From the NCBI GenBank assembly GCA_028684095.1, contig JAQUGQ010000003.1, positions 4,979 to 68,978 of the forward strand: a DNA stretch of 64,000 bases, written 5' to 3'. The translations under genes were made by a program, and so were the position numbers. The notes below the pieces were generated by a model that worked only from the letters and a program-made list of their open reading frames with translations, was not told the DNA's origin and searched no databases. Shown here in pieces: positions 42,688 through 52,203 of this stretch (its first letter is position 1; each line of letters starts with the position of its first letter). The stretch is from Clostridia bacterium (GTDB lineage: Bacteria; Bacillota; Clostridia; TANB77; CAG-465).

Positions 42688-42744
42688 AAGGGTTTGATTA
42701 CTCTTTAAATGGAGCAATCTTCCAACAGGCATTAAACCTTTTTT
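42688..42744. repeat. Intergenic conserved repeat, copy 2 of 5
   Basis: AAGGGTTTGATTACTCTTTAAATGGAGCAATCTTCCAACAGGCATTAAACCTTTTTT. Confidence 0.7.
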
Positions 42745-42778
42745 ATATATTATTACTAATAAAAAACAATTACTTATA

Positions 42779-43210
42779 TTAAATAATATTAATATCTTTG
42801 TCATAAAATTTATTCTTTAAATACAATTCAATATTTACACTAGTTCCTTTAAATAAACTAGGAAATTCTTTAACATTAAAAAATCTTTGATCATCACATT
42901 TGTCAGGCTCACATATCTTTGGTATTCCCTCATATTTTTTTACTAAAACACCAAATTGGATGTTTTCATTAGTTCTTGCAACGTTTATAACCTCAACATC
43001 TTCTAATTTAACTATTAGTGAGGTTTCTTCCCTTATTTCTCTTATAGTAGCTTCTTCTATTGTTTCGTTGTTTTTTAAATGTCCACCTGGTAACCCATAG
43101 GTTCCATATCCTGCTTTTTTTAATCTTCTACCAAGTAATATTTCTCCAATTTCATTTATAATAATAGGATTTACTCCTACTTTTAAATCATTATTTTCCA
43201 TATAAACCAC
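42779..43210 (-). CDS. NUDIX hydrolase
   Basis: Nudix box GGHLKNNETIEEATIREIREETSL. Confidence 0.8.
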   Translation of the reverse strand: MVYMENNDLKVGVNPIIINEIGEILLGRRLKKAGYGTYGLPGGHLKNNETIEEATIREIREETSLIVKLEDVEVINVARTNENIQFGVLVKKYEGIPKICEPDKCDDQRFFNVKEFPSLFKGTSVNIELYLKNKFYDKDINII

Positions 43211-43284
43211 CTTAAATATAAATTATACATTATAATACATATTAAAACAATGAAAATTTCATTAATATGTAAATCATAAAAAGT

Positions 43285-43341
43285 AAAAGGTTTGATTATC
43301 CTTTAAATGGAGCAATCTTCCAATAGGCAACAAACCTTTTT
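43285..43341. repeat. Intergenic conserved repeat, copy 3 of 5
   Basis: AAAAGGTTTGATTATCCTTTAAATGGAGCAATCTTCCAATAGGCAACAAACCTTTTT. Confidence 0.7.
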
Positions 43342-43371
43342 ATACTTTTCACAACATTTAATTTCTACTGT

Positions 43372-43788
43372 TTATTTAATTTCCTTTAATTCGCCATATT
43401 CTTTAATAAAATTTATAATTGGTAAAAATAACGGTCTTGGTAAATTATTAGGTTCAAACCATTCCCATTTTTCACATTTATCAGGTTCCATTCTAATAAG
43501 TTCTCCTGATTTATAATCTGCTCTCATAAATATAGTAATATAATGTTTATTTTCTTCTTCAAATATATCATTGGTAACACCCATCATTTTTATATTATCT
43601 ATTTCTATATTTATTTCTTCCTTTATTTCTCTAATTGAACATTCTTCCCATGACTCATTAAACTCTAAATGCCCTCCGGGAAAACTCCATGTATTCTCAC
43701 CATGGGCGCCTTTCCTACAACCAAGTAATACTTTACCTTCTTTAAAAATACATACTCCAATTCCAACCCTAACATTCATCTCTTTCAC
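43372..43788 (-). CDS. NUDIX hydrolase (second, divergent paralog)
   Basis: Nudix box [25 protein letters not shown]. Confidence 0.8.
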   Translation of the reverse strand: MKEMNVRVGIGVCIFKEGKVLLGCRKGAHGENTWSFPGGHLEFNESWEECSIREIKEEINIEIDNIKMMGVTNDIFEEENKHYITIFMRADYKSGELIRMEPDKCEKWEWFEPNNLPRPLFLPIINFIKEYGELKEIK

Positions 43789-43838
43789 CTCTATATTAAT
43801 TATACAATAGTTTTCATGAAAATCAAACTTTCGAACAT

Positions 43839-43892
43839 AAGGCTTGCTTGTACTTTAAACGGTGGAATCTTCCAACAGGCGGCAAACCTTTT
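43839..43892. repeat. Intergenic conserved repeat, copy 4 of 5 (most divergent)
   Basis: AAGGCTTGCTTGTACTTTAAACGGTGGAATCTTCCAACAGGCGGCAAACCTTTTG. A sigma-A-like promoter (TTGATT-16-TATAAT) lies just downstream toward the next gene. Confidence 0.65.
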
Positions 43893-43969
43893 GTATATTA
43901 TATTATCTAATTTTTATTCTTTATTATATTTCGTTTTCTGTGGTCTACCAGTATTACTCTCATCAGTAA

Positions 43970-44656
43970 TTATATATTATTTTTGAAAAAATCAGAAGTT
44001 TTATCACAATTAATTTCTATTCCGTTAATAATAAATGTATGTTTTTTATTCAATTGTTTAGCTATTTTCTGTGGAATAGTAATTGCTTTTTCCCAAGCTT
44101 TTAATATATTTACATCAAAATTACTATCTGTTGTATAACTTACAATAAAATCATTATCTTTAATTTCAATATATACATTTTTTATTTTTTGTATTTCAAT
44201 ATTCATTTCATCTTGAATACTTGAATTTTCTGTTCTATGATAAGTTACATCTAATTTATCTGCTAAAACTAATGCTAATCCAATTAAATTTTTTATATCA
44301 TTTCCTTTTGAATGGTCTCTAATTGCTTGTCTTAAAATCTCTTTTTCATCTTTTGTAACATTAGTATTTTTAATAAATTTGACAAATAATTTGCTACTTT
44401 CAATAGCATGGTCTATTTTATCACCTTTACTTAAACCAATATCATGTAATAATGCTGAAGCCATTCCTAAATCAATAGTTCTTTCATCAACTTTTAATTG
44501 TGTTAAAATATTTTTCACATATTGAGCAACTCTCTTATAATGACCAAGTCCATGTTCCCAGTCCCATTTTCCATCAGTAATAAATTTAATTTTTTCTGTT
44601 TTTTCTACTATTTTCAAATATTCACTATTATTTAATATTAATTCATATAACGCCAT
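43970..44656 (-). CDS. HD-domain phosphohydrolase
   Basis: HGLGHYKRVAQYV ... LLHDIGLSKG are HD motifs. Confidence 0.7.
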   Translation of the reverse strand: MALYELILNNSEYLKIVEKTEKIKFITDGKWDWEHGLGHYKRVAQYVKNILTQLKVDERTIDLGMASALLHDIGLSKGDKIDHAIESSKLFVKFIKNTNVTKDEKEILRQAIRDHSKGNDIKNLIGLALVLADKLDVTYHRTENSSIQDEMNIEIQKIKNVYIEIKDNDFIVSYTTDSNFDVNILKAWEKAITIPQKIAKQLNKKHTFIINGIEINCDKTSDFFKNNI

Positions 44657-44747
44657 AATACCCCCTATATATTTTAAATTATATTCTTAAAAAATGTCTT
44701 GTTTTATAATGATATTAACTGGTTTATAATGAATTTAAACAAAAATA

Positions 44748-44797
44748 TTCGATTACATATTATTTGGAGCAATATTCCAATAGGCGACAAACCTTTT
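44748..44797. repeat. Intergenic conserved repeat, copy 5 of 5
   Basis: ...TATTTGGAGCAATATTCCAATAGGCGACAAACCTTTTT. The T-run overlaps the stop of the small membrane ORF. Confidence 0.7.
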
Positions 44798-45069
44798 TAA
44801 TAGTCTGTTTTGTTTTTATAAACAAGATATTTTATAATATTAATCATCCAAAACAAAATTAATATTATAAATGCAATTGTATATACTATACGTCCCCAAA
44901 AAATTATTAATAATTGAATAATTACACCATCTATAATTTGGATTGTTTTATCTTCTGATAATGATGATAAATTCAAGGTATACATCAATATTACATCTAA
45001 AATTATTATTCCTACAATAATTAGAGTAAATATTATTTTGGATTTTGTTATTAATTTAAATGATTTCAT
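44797..45069 (-). CDS. Small hypothetical membrane protein (2-3 TM)
   Basis: 90 aa, hydrophobic (IIFTLIIVGIIILDVILMY ... IAFIILILFWMINII). Confidence 0.4.
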   Translation of the reverse strand: MKSFKLITKSKIIFTLIIVGIIILDVILMYTLNLSSLSEDKTIQIIDGVIIQLLIIFWGRIVYTIAFIILILFWMINIIKYLVYKNKTDY

Positions 45070-45202
45070 TTTATCACCATCCTTATTTTAAAAAACATAT
45101 TCGTTATCTATATTAATAAAACTAGTACTAAAACTTTGTTTTTATTTAAAATAAAATATTTTCTTATCCTTTCAAGCCTCAAAGGTTCGATTAAATTTAA
45201 TT

Positions 45203-45276
45203 TGGAGCGGGCTGTGGGAATCGAACCCACTTCGAAAGATCGGAAGCCTTTTATTCTACCACTAAACTAAGCCCGC
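45203..45276 (-). tRNA. tRNA-Gly (anticodon TCC)
   Basis: Minus strand reads GCGGGCTTAGTTTAGTGGTAGAAT...GGCTTCCGATCTTT...GGGTTCGATTCCCACAGCCCGCTCCA. Cloverleaf verified by hand; the 3' CCA is encoded. Confidence 0.85.
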
Positions 45277-45521
45277 ATATTTGTCGTATATATAATATTA
45301 TACATTAAATTTACACTCTTTTCAATACTTTAATAAATATTTTACTGCATTAGTATTAAGTTTAATCAAATATATCTAAAAGCAGAAAAAGTATTCTTTT
45401 TATATTCTATATAATTTATTATGAAAATTTAATTTTGTATTTTGAATAATGCAAAAAAATACAAATCATTTTATATAAACAATTTGTATTTTATAACTTA
45501 TTTTAATTAAAACTTTAATCT

Positions 45522-45608
45522 TGGTGCCGAAAGTGGGACTTGAACCCACACGATATCGCTACCATCAGATTTTGAGTCTGACGCGTCTGCCAATTCCACC
45601 ATTTCGAC
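45522..45608 (-). tRNA. tRNA-Leu (anticodon CAA), long variable arm
   Basis: GTCGAAATGGTGGAATTGGCAGACGCGTCAGACTCAAAATCTGATGGTAGCGATATCGTGTGGGTTCAAGTCCCACTTTCGGCACCA. Confidence 0.85.
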
Positions 45609-45669
45609 ATAAATAAAAGATATAATAATATATTAACACATCTTTTATAAAAAATCAATAGTTTTGAAA

Positions 45670-46842
45670 TTATTTTTCAGTTAATTTCTCTCTTTCAATA
45701 TCTTCGGCTATTTTACTTTCAAGTAATGATTTATTTTTAGAAGCTATTTCTAGCTCTTTCATATAATCATGTTTATCTCTACTCTTTTTTTCTAATTCAA
45801 TCAAACCATTTTCGTATTCTATTATCCTATTTTTAATATTTTCAAAAACAAGTTCTTCTTTTGCATCTTTTAAATATTTAGGCTCTATTTGTATTGCATA
45901 TTCTAAACAACTCATAGATTTTTCGTATTCTCTTGTAGCTGCATATACTGTTGCAAGTTTATAATATGCTCTACCTCCATACATTGTTGATGAACGTGCA
46001 AGTTTAAAAAACTGTGTTGCTTTTACATAATCACCTTTTAAATAATTTATTATTCCAATATTATAATATGCACTATATAGTTTTGGCTTTAAATCAGCAG
46101 CCTTTTCAAAGTTTTTCTCAGCATCATCATATTCACCAATCTCCAATTTAACCATAGCAATGTTATAATATAATTCAAAAGAATGTGAATGATATTCTAA
46201 AGCATTTTTATATATTCTTAATGCTTCTTCATATCTAGCTTGTGATGTATAACATATTCCTAAGCTTTCTGCAGCATCATAAAAATCTGGTTTTATTCTT
46301 AATGCATTATTAAACATAATTATTGCTGTTTCTTTTTTATTTGTTTCATCTAATATACATGCTAATTCATAATATGATAAATAATCTGTTTTGTCAAGTT
46401 CAACTGCTAAAGCGAATGAATCTCTTGAGTTTACAAAATCATTTATATGCTTATAACAAATACCTAAATAGTTATAATACTGAGCACTTCTTCCTGTTTG
46501 TTCTATAAGTTTATATAATAAATTCTTAGCTTTTTCATAATCTTGTAAATACATATTCCATTTCATTTTGTAATATAATATTTTTCTTGTTAATATAATA
46601 TTATTATATTGTAACACAACAAAAATCAATGGTATGAAAAACATTGATATAATAAGAAATATTTGGATAAGTTCAGGTATATATATTCCATTAATTGTAA
46701 AAACTAAATATGAACCAAAAGCAAATGATGATAATGCTTCTATAAATACATTTTCTGGAACGTATCTTTTAACAAATTTATGGCATAAGAAAAAATTTAA
46801 TACAACTATTATTACTACTGTTATTACTTTTTCTATTAACAT
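45670..46842 (-). CDS. TPR-repeat protein with N-terminal TM segments
   Basis: 390 aa with two N-terminal hydrophobic helices, then multiple TPR-like repeats (YYNLGICYKHINDFVNSRDSFALAVELD...). Confidence 0.7.
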   Translation of the reverse strand: MLIEKVITVVIIVVLNFFLCHKFVKRYVPENVFIEALSSFAFGSYLVFTINGIYIPELIQIFLIISMFFIPLIFVVLQYNNIILTRKILYYKMKWNMYLQDYEKAKNLLYKLIEQTGRSAQYYNYLGICYKHINDFVNSRDSFALAVELDKTDYLSYYELACILDETNKKETAIIMFNNALRIKPDFYDAAESLGICYTSQARYEEALRIYKNALEYHSHSFELYYNIAMVKLEIGEYDDAEKNFEKAADLKPKLYSAYYNIGIINYLKGDYVKATQFFKLARSSTMYGGRAYYKLATVYAATREYEKSMSCLEYAIQIEPKYLKDAKEELVFENIKNRIIEYENGLIELEKKSRDKHDYMKELEIASKNKSLLESKIAEDIEREKLTEK

Positions 46843-47032
46843 TTGCCTTCCTCCAATTTTTTCATATTATATACTATTCTATAGCATATTTCAAGTTTTT
46901 TTAGTACTTTACCCTTTTTTAAACAAAAAAAGACAATAAAATATATCAAAATCTTTAAAACATTTGACTAATTGTATTTTCTTTTGTATAATTAAAGTAA
47001 AATATTAATAGATAATATAAGGATGTGATCTC

Positions 47033-48469
47033 TTGTTAGATAATTCAAATTTTAACATAAAATCAAAAAATATTGGATTGAATAGTATAAAAAAAATTCA
47101 TATGATAGGTATTGGTGGAGTTAGCATGAGCGCTATTGCTCTAGTGTTAAATGATGCTGGATACACAGTCACAGGCTCAGATAAAAATGACTCAGATATG
47201 ATAAAAATATTAAAAGATAAGAATATTTCTGTTTTTATCGGTTCAAATGCTGAACTTGTTAAAAATGTAGATGCAGTTGTATATACATCAGCTATAAATC
47301 AGCATGATGTAGAATTTGTTAGAGCAAAATCTTTAAATATTCCAACGTTTGAAAGAGCTGTGTTTTTAGGAATATTACTAGAAGCATATGATAAAACAAT
47401 ATGTATATCTGGAACACATGGAAAAACTACTACTACCTCAATGACTGCAGCTATCTTTATAGATGCTGGTTTGGAGCCTAATGTTCAAGTCGGTGGTAAA
47501 TTCAAGAAATTAAATGATTTGAATTATTTAATAGGTAATTCAGATTACTTCATACTTGAATCATGTGAATACGTAGATAGTTTTCTAAATTTTCCACATC
47601 AAACAGCAGTTATTTTAAATATTGATGAAGATCATTTAGATTATTTTTCTGGTATTGATGATATAAAAAAATCATTCAAAAAATTTATACTAATGCTACC
47701 TAAAAATGGTATATTAGTTATAAATAAAGATGATTCAAATTGTATAGACGTTTTGACTGATATATATGATGAATTAGATAAGAAAAATATTAACACATAT
47801 ACTTTTTCACTGAGTGATCCAACCTCTACAATATATGCTAAAAATATATTTTGTAATGTAAAAGGTTTCTATTCATTTGATATTACTTGTCCTAAAACAA
47901 AAATTGTTTATGAATTCTACTTAACTGTACCAGGAATTCATAATGTTTATGATGCCTTAGCTTCCATTACTGTAGCTTATGCACATGGTATAGATTTTAC
48001 AGTAATGCAGAAAAGTTTGAATGAATTTTGTGGAGCCAAAAGAAGATTTGAACTAAAAAAAGAATTACCAGGTAATATATTAGTTTATGATGATTATGCT
48101 CATCATCCTACTGAGATAAAAGCAACACTTGCTGCTGCAAAGCAAAAAAATAAATCAAGAGTTATAGCTATATTTCAACCACATACATATACTAGAACTA
48201 AAGAATTGTTAGACGATTTTTCTACCTCATTCTTTGATTGTAATATTTGTATAATTACAGACATTTATGCGGCAAGAGAAATTGATGATGGAAGTATTTC
48301 ATCTAAAGATTTAGTTAAATTACTTAAACAAAACAAAGTAAATGTAGTGCAAATATCTGATTTTAAAGATATTGTAAAACACTTAAAAGAAATTTTAAAA
48401 CCAGGCGACATAGTACTTACTATTGGTGCTGGTAATATAACAGATCTTAGCAATATGATTGAACTATAA
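47033..48469 (+). CDS. murC: UDP-N-acetylmuramate--L-alanine ligase
   Basis: KKIHMIGIGGVSMSAIALVLNDAGYTVTGSD ... GTHGKTTTTSM. TTG start at 47033 per the ORF track; the exact start is uncertain. Confidence 0.9.
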   Translation: MLDNSNFNIKSKNIGLNSIKKIHMIGIGGVSMSAIALVLNDAGYTVTGSDKNDSDMIKILKDKNISVFIGSNAELVKNVDAVVYTSAINQHDVEFVRAKSLNIPTFERAVFLGILLEAYDKTICISGTHGKTTTTSMTAAIFIDAGLEPNVQVGGKFKKLNDLNYLIGNSDYFILESCEYVDSFLNFPHQTAVILNIDEDHLDYFSGIDDIKKSFKKFILMLPKNGILVINKDDSNCIDVLTDIYDELDKKNINTYTFSLSDPTSTIYAKNIFCNVKGFYSFDITCPKTKIVYEFYLTVPGIHNVYDALASITVAYAHGIDFTVMQKSLNEFCGAKRRFELKKELPGNILVYDDYAHHPTEIKATLAAAKQKNKSRVIAIFQPHTYTRTKELLDDFSTSFFDCNICIITDIYAAREIDDGSISSKDLVKLLKQNKVNVVQISDFKDIVKHLKEILKPGDIVLTIGAGNITDLSNMIEL

Positions 48470-48584
48470 AAGAAAAATAACCTTTTCAAAGAGTAATCCT
48501 TGGAAAGGTTATTCTATACTTTCTTAAGATAAAAAAATATAAGTGAAATTTTATATTTTCCACTTATATTCTTAAAATATACTT

Positions 48585-50258
48585 CTATTTTAAAATACTA
48601 CTAATTATTCTACCCGTTGCTATACTTTCTATAATTCCATCATTTGAATTATTAGACCATTCAAAAGCATATTGTGCATTTTTATCATCAGTAGCATCTT
48701 TAACCATTACACTTATTATGCTTCTTTTTATATCAGATATTTTGTGTGTTTCATTCTTGTTAATTATATTTTGTAACTCCAGATACATACCAATATTAAT
48801 ATTCTCAAAATAAGATAGTCTATCTGTATTGTCATCATTTTTTAAATCCGGAGTACCATCCATATTATATTGTCCATAGAATAAATTATTTTCTTGCATT
48901 TCATCAGCTTTAGCAAGAATTTGAGTTCCTAAAGTTCTATTAATTTTTGCTATTCCTAACGCACTATAAAAAAACATATCTGTAGTGAAAGGTTCATTTG
49001 ATCCCCAATTGTTATCTATTTGATCCCAATTTTGTGCCATCCATCCATCACCTTTATCTGCATAATATTCGTATATATAACCAGCTGCATTCATACAACC
49101 CTGGCTATTAAGCATATTATTCATAAAGTATGTATACCACTCTAATCTACTTGTATATTCAGTATTTCCTGTAACTTCAAAAGCTGTTTGAAAAGCAGAG
49201 ACTATCATATCTGCATTTCCTAGTGAGTAAGTTGTTAATGAAGGATAGAATACATTATCACCAGCATGACTGAAAAATTCCGGAAATCCACCTTCAAGAA
49301 CATTTGGAAGTGTTCCACCTCCAGCTATTGTTGAGTAATATGCAGTATCTTGTAACCAACCTAACGTATTCATTAACTGTATACCAGTATTTTCATATTC
49401 ATGATTTTCTGTAATAGTAAATATTTTTAATTGTGCAATTGCTGCTAATGCAATATCCTGTATATATACCTCTTCATAATCATTTGCCCATCCTGTACTT
49501 TGTTTTCTTTGAGTTACTAAAAGCTTAATTGCTGCATTACCATAACTAGTTCCAGATACTATAGAACCATTTATTTGATCTCCAATTTCTATAGCCCTAG
49601 ATAAATATTCAATATCATTTGTATGTTGATATGCATCTAAAAGAGCAATTTCAATTATTGCATTACTTAACATACTTGTTCTTGGATTATTAGTGAAATT
49701 TGAAAATTGATTTGTATTTAAATTATAATTCCATAAAACACGTCCATACGGATAGCCAGTAACACCACCATTAGCAAGTGTAGTTGAATCTGCAAGAAAA
49801 TCTGTAATCATATCTGTTGTTTTAAGCCACACTAATGATTTCAGTAAATCTGCCTCAAGCATATCCAGTGTAATACCTACTTGTGTTGCCCATATTTCCT
49901 CACTTTCATTGTTTCCAACATATACTAACTTACCTTGTTGAATTTCATATTTTGCTGCATCCACTTCAGACATACTTGTTATATATTCCTTTATTGTTCC
50001 AGTTCCATCGCCAGTTCCATCCCATACTCCTACGTCAAATGTTGCTGAATCAAAAGAATTATCTTGTAAATATTCATTTGTTATAGCCATTGCAAGTTCT
50101 GAATTATATTCCGCTACATTTGATTTAAACACTGCTTCATTTGCTGATTCTATTGGATTATTATTTGCTAAGCTTAATATTACTGCTCCTGCTAATATTA
50201 TTATAACTATTATTGTTATAACTAATACAATTAATGATATACCTTTACTTTTTTTCAT
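48585..50258 (-). CDS. Pilin-like N-terminal module protein, paralog 1, with a large C-terminal domain possibly of glycoside-hydrolase-like (alpha/alpha) fold
   Basis: N-terminus MKKSKGISLIVLVITIIVIIILAGAVILSLANNNPIESANEA... is a prepilin-like leader with Gly-1 but Val at +5. The first ~110 aa are shared with three paralogs. The C-terminal 450 aa are unique. Confidence 0.6.
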   Translation of the reverse strand: MKKSKGISLIVLVITIIVIIILAGAVILSLANNNPIESANEAVFKSNVAEYNSELAMAITNEYLQDNSFDSATFDVGVWDGTGDGTGTIKEYITSMSEVDAAKYEIQQGKLVYVGNNESEEIWATQVGITLDMLEADLLKSLVWLKTTDMITDFLADSTTLANGGVTGYPYGRVLWNYNLNTNQFSNFTNNPRTSMLSNAIIEIALLDAYQHTNDIEYLSRAIEIGDQINGSIVSGTSYGNAAIKLLVTQRKQSTGWANDYEEVYIQDIALAAIAQLKIFTITENHEYENTGIQLMNTLGWLQDTAYYSTIAGGGTLPNVLEGGFPEFFSHAGDNVFYPSLTTYSLGNADMIVSAFQTAFEVTGNTEYTSRLEWYTYFMNNMLNSQGCMNAAGYIYEYYADKGDGWMAQNWDQIDNNWGSNEPFTTDMFFYSALGIAKINRTLGTQILAKADEMQENNLFYGQYNMDGTPDLKNDDNTDRLSYFENINIGMYLELQNIINKNETHKISDIKRSIISVMVKDATDDKNAQYAFEWSNNSNDGIIESIATGRIISSILK

Positions 50259-50712
50259 TTAAGATATCCTCCCATTTTTTTTAACTACATTAATTACAAT
50301 ATAAATTAACTAACAAGTCTATTATATATTATATATATTTTTTTATCAATGTTTTTCTAATAAATGTTATATTTTTTTAAAATTTAGAGAAGTGAAAAAG
50401 TAAATTTCACTTCTCTAATATCAAACCAGAAGTTACCTTTACAGTAAATTCTGGTTTAAAACAAAAGAAATGTTCAAATTACGAGAAATTTAAATGTATT
50501 AAAAGAGATTGTTCACTTGGTGCTTGTAACAAATGTCCAAGTATTATTAAATGTCATCTAAACAAGTACTTCTACTCTGCTTTAGATGCTTATGAAACTT
50601 TCCTTTTTAAATAATATGTGCAGATATATATTTTTAACACTAAATATTAAATAGGTGGTTTTGCTTGACAAACAACAGTTTTTAATATATAATTATATGA
50701 AAAATAAAGGAT

Positions 50713-51816
50713 GTGTTTAATTTGAAATTAGGAATAGTTGGACTTCCGAATGTAGGTAAAAGTACTCTTTTTAATGCAATAACAAAAGCAGGAGCAGAAA
50801 GTGCTAATTACCCATTTTGTACAATAGAACCAAATATAGGTATTGTTACAGTACCAGATACAAGAGTTGATGTTTTATCAAAAATGTATGATACAGATAA
50901 AACTACATATGCTACAGTTGAATTTGTAGATATTGCAGGTTTAGTAAAAGGAGCTTCTCAAGGTGAAGGTCTTGGTAATAAATTTTTATCTCATATACGT
51001 GAAACTGATGCTATTGTTCATATAGTTAGATGTTTTGAAGATGAAAAAATAATTCATATAGAAGGTAAAATTGATCCGTTAGACGATATAGAAACAATTT
51101 CTCTAGAACTTATATTAAGTGATACTGAAACAGTTAAAACTAGAATTGAAAGATTAGCTAAAGCTTTAAAGACTGGTGATAAAAAGGCATTAGTTGAGAT
51201 GAATTTATTAAATACTATACTATGTACTCTATCTAGTTTAAAACCCGTTAGAAGTATTAATATGACTGATTTAGACAAAGAAATATTAAAAGATACGTTT
51301 TTACTTACAAGTAAACCACTTATATATGTTGCTAATGTTTCTGAAAGCCAACTTCCAAATATAGAAAATGATAAATATGTTAACCTTGTAAAAGAATTTG
51401 CTAAACTAGACAATAGTCAAGTTATTTCACTTTGTGCTAAATTCGAAGAAGATTTATCTGAACTTGATGATGAAGATAGAATTATGCTTATGGAAGAATA
51501 TAGTATAAAAGAAGCTGGACTTGATAAATTAGTAAAAGCTAGTTATTCTTTACTAGGACTTATGTCTTTCCTTACAGCTGGAAAACAAGAAGTTAGAGCT
51601 TGGACTATAAAAAAAGGTACAAAAGCTCCTCAAGCTGCTGGTAAAATTCATACAGACTTCGAACGTGGCTTTATAAAAGCTGAAGTTGTTTCATATGATG
51701 ATTTAATAACTAATACAACAATGATTCGTGCTAAAGAAAAAGGGCTTGTTAGATTAGAAGGAAAAGATTACATTATGCAAGATGGAGACATCGTTCTATT
51801 TAGATTTAATGTGTAA
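50713..51816 (+). CDS. ychF: Ribosome-binding ATPase YchF (Obg family)
   Basis: KLGIVGLPNVGKSTLFNAIT...TIEPNIGIV plus a C-terminal TGS domain. True start is probably the TTG at 50722 (AAGGA RBS), not the GTG at 50713. Confidence 0.9.
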   Translation: MFNLKLGIVGLPNVGKSTLFNAITKAGAESANYPFCTIEPNIGIVTVPDTRVDVLSKMYDTDKTTYATVEFVDIAGLVKGASQGEGLGNKFLSHIRETDAIVHIVRCFEDEKIIHIEGKIDPLDDIETISLELILSDTETVKTRIERLAKALKTGDKKALVEMNLLNTILCTLSSLKPVRSINMTDLDKEILKDTFLLTSKPLIYVANVSESQLPNIENDKYVNLVKEFAKLDNSQVISLCAKFEEDLSELDDEDRIMLMEEYSIKEAGLDKLVKASYSLLGLMSFLTAGKQEVRAWTIKKGTKAPQAAGKIHTDFERGFIKAEVVSYDDLITNTTMIRAKEKGLVRLEGKDYIMQDGDIVLFRFNV

Positions 51817-51842
51817 TTTACATAAGATTTTGAGTTAAAAAT

Positions 51843-51873
51843 GAGTGCAAAAAGAATTTGCACTTTTTTTTCT
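51843..51873 (+). terminator. Rho-independent terminator after ychF
   Basis: GTGCAAA-aagaat-TTGCAC followed by TTTTTTTTCTTTTTTT. Confidence 0.75.
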
Positions 51874-51938
51874 TTTTTTCACAAAAAGTATTGACTTTCA
51901 AGTCAAAATTAGTTATAATATTAATGTCCACAACGTGT

Positions 51939-52015
51939 GGGCCTTTAGCTCAGTTGGTTAGAGCAACCGGCTCATAACCGGTTGGTCCGCGGTTCGAATC
52001 CGTGAAGGCCCACCA
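51939..52015 (+). tRNA. tRNA with CAT anticodon (Ile2-lysidine type or elongator Met; body resembles the Firmicutes tRNA-Ile2)
   Basis: GGGCCTTTAGCTCAGTTGGTTAGAGCAACCGGCTCATAACCGGTTGGTCCGCGGTTCGAATCCGTGAAGGCCCACCA. Confidence 0.8.
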
Positions 52016-52027
52016 TTTTTTATATCC

Positions 52028-52112
52028 GGGAAGATGTCCGAGTGGTTAAAGGAGGCAGACTGTAAATCTGTTAGCGTCGCTTACGATGGTTCGAATCCAT
52101 CTCTTCCCACCA
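52028..52112 (+). tRNA. tRNA-Tyr (anticodon GTA), long variable arm
   Basis: GGGAAGATGTCCGAGTGGTTAAAGGAGGCAGACTGTAAATCTGTTAGCGTCGCTTACGATGGTTCGAATCCATCTCTTCCCACCA. Confidence 0.85.
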
Positions 52113-52122
52113 TATAAAAAAT

Positions 52123-52155
52123 ATAACACATAACTTAGGTTATGTGTCTTTTTTT
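52123..52155 (+). terminator. Rho-independent terminator after the tRNA pair
   Basis: ACACATAAC-ttagg-TTATGTGT followed by CTTTTTTT. Confidence 0.75.
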
Positions 52156-52203
52156 ACTTAAATATGTGATATCTATTAAATACCATCTATTTATTTATAT
52201 TAA

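Noticed and set aside
41850-44800. Classical integron (attC sites plus intI)
   Set aside because: The repeats lack the R''/R' cores (RYYYAAC ... GTTRRRY) and the extended imperfect palindromes of attC sites. No IntI-like recombinase or Pc/attI is present in the window. Each gene has its own promoter. I kept it as a cassette-like array rather than calling it an integron.
45203-45276. Similarity between the array repeat core (TTGGAGC) and the tRNA-Gly 3' end (TTGGAGCGGGC) as possible att-site remnants
   Set aside because: Only 7-9 nt are shared, which is too short to support an attL/attR origin. I mentioned only the tRNA adjacency in the array finding.
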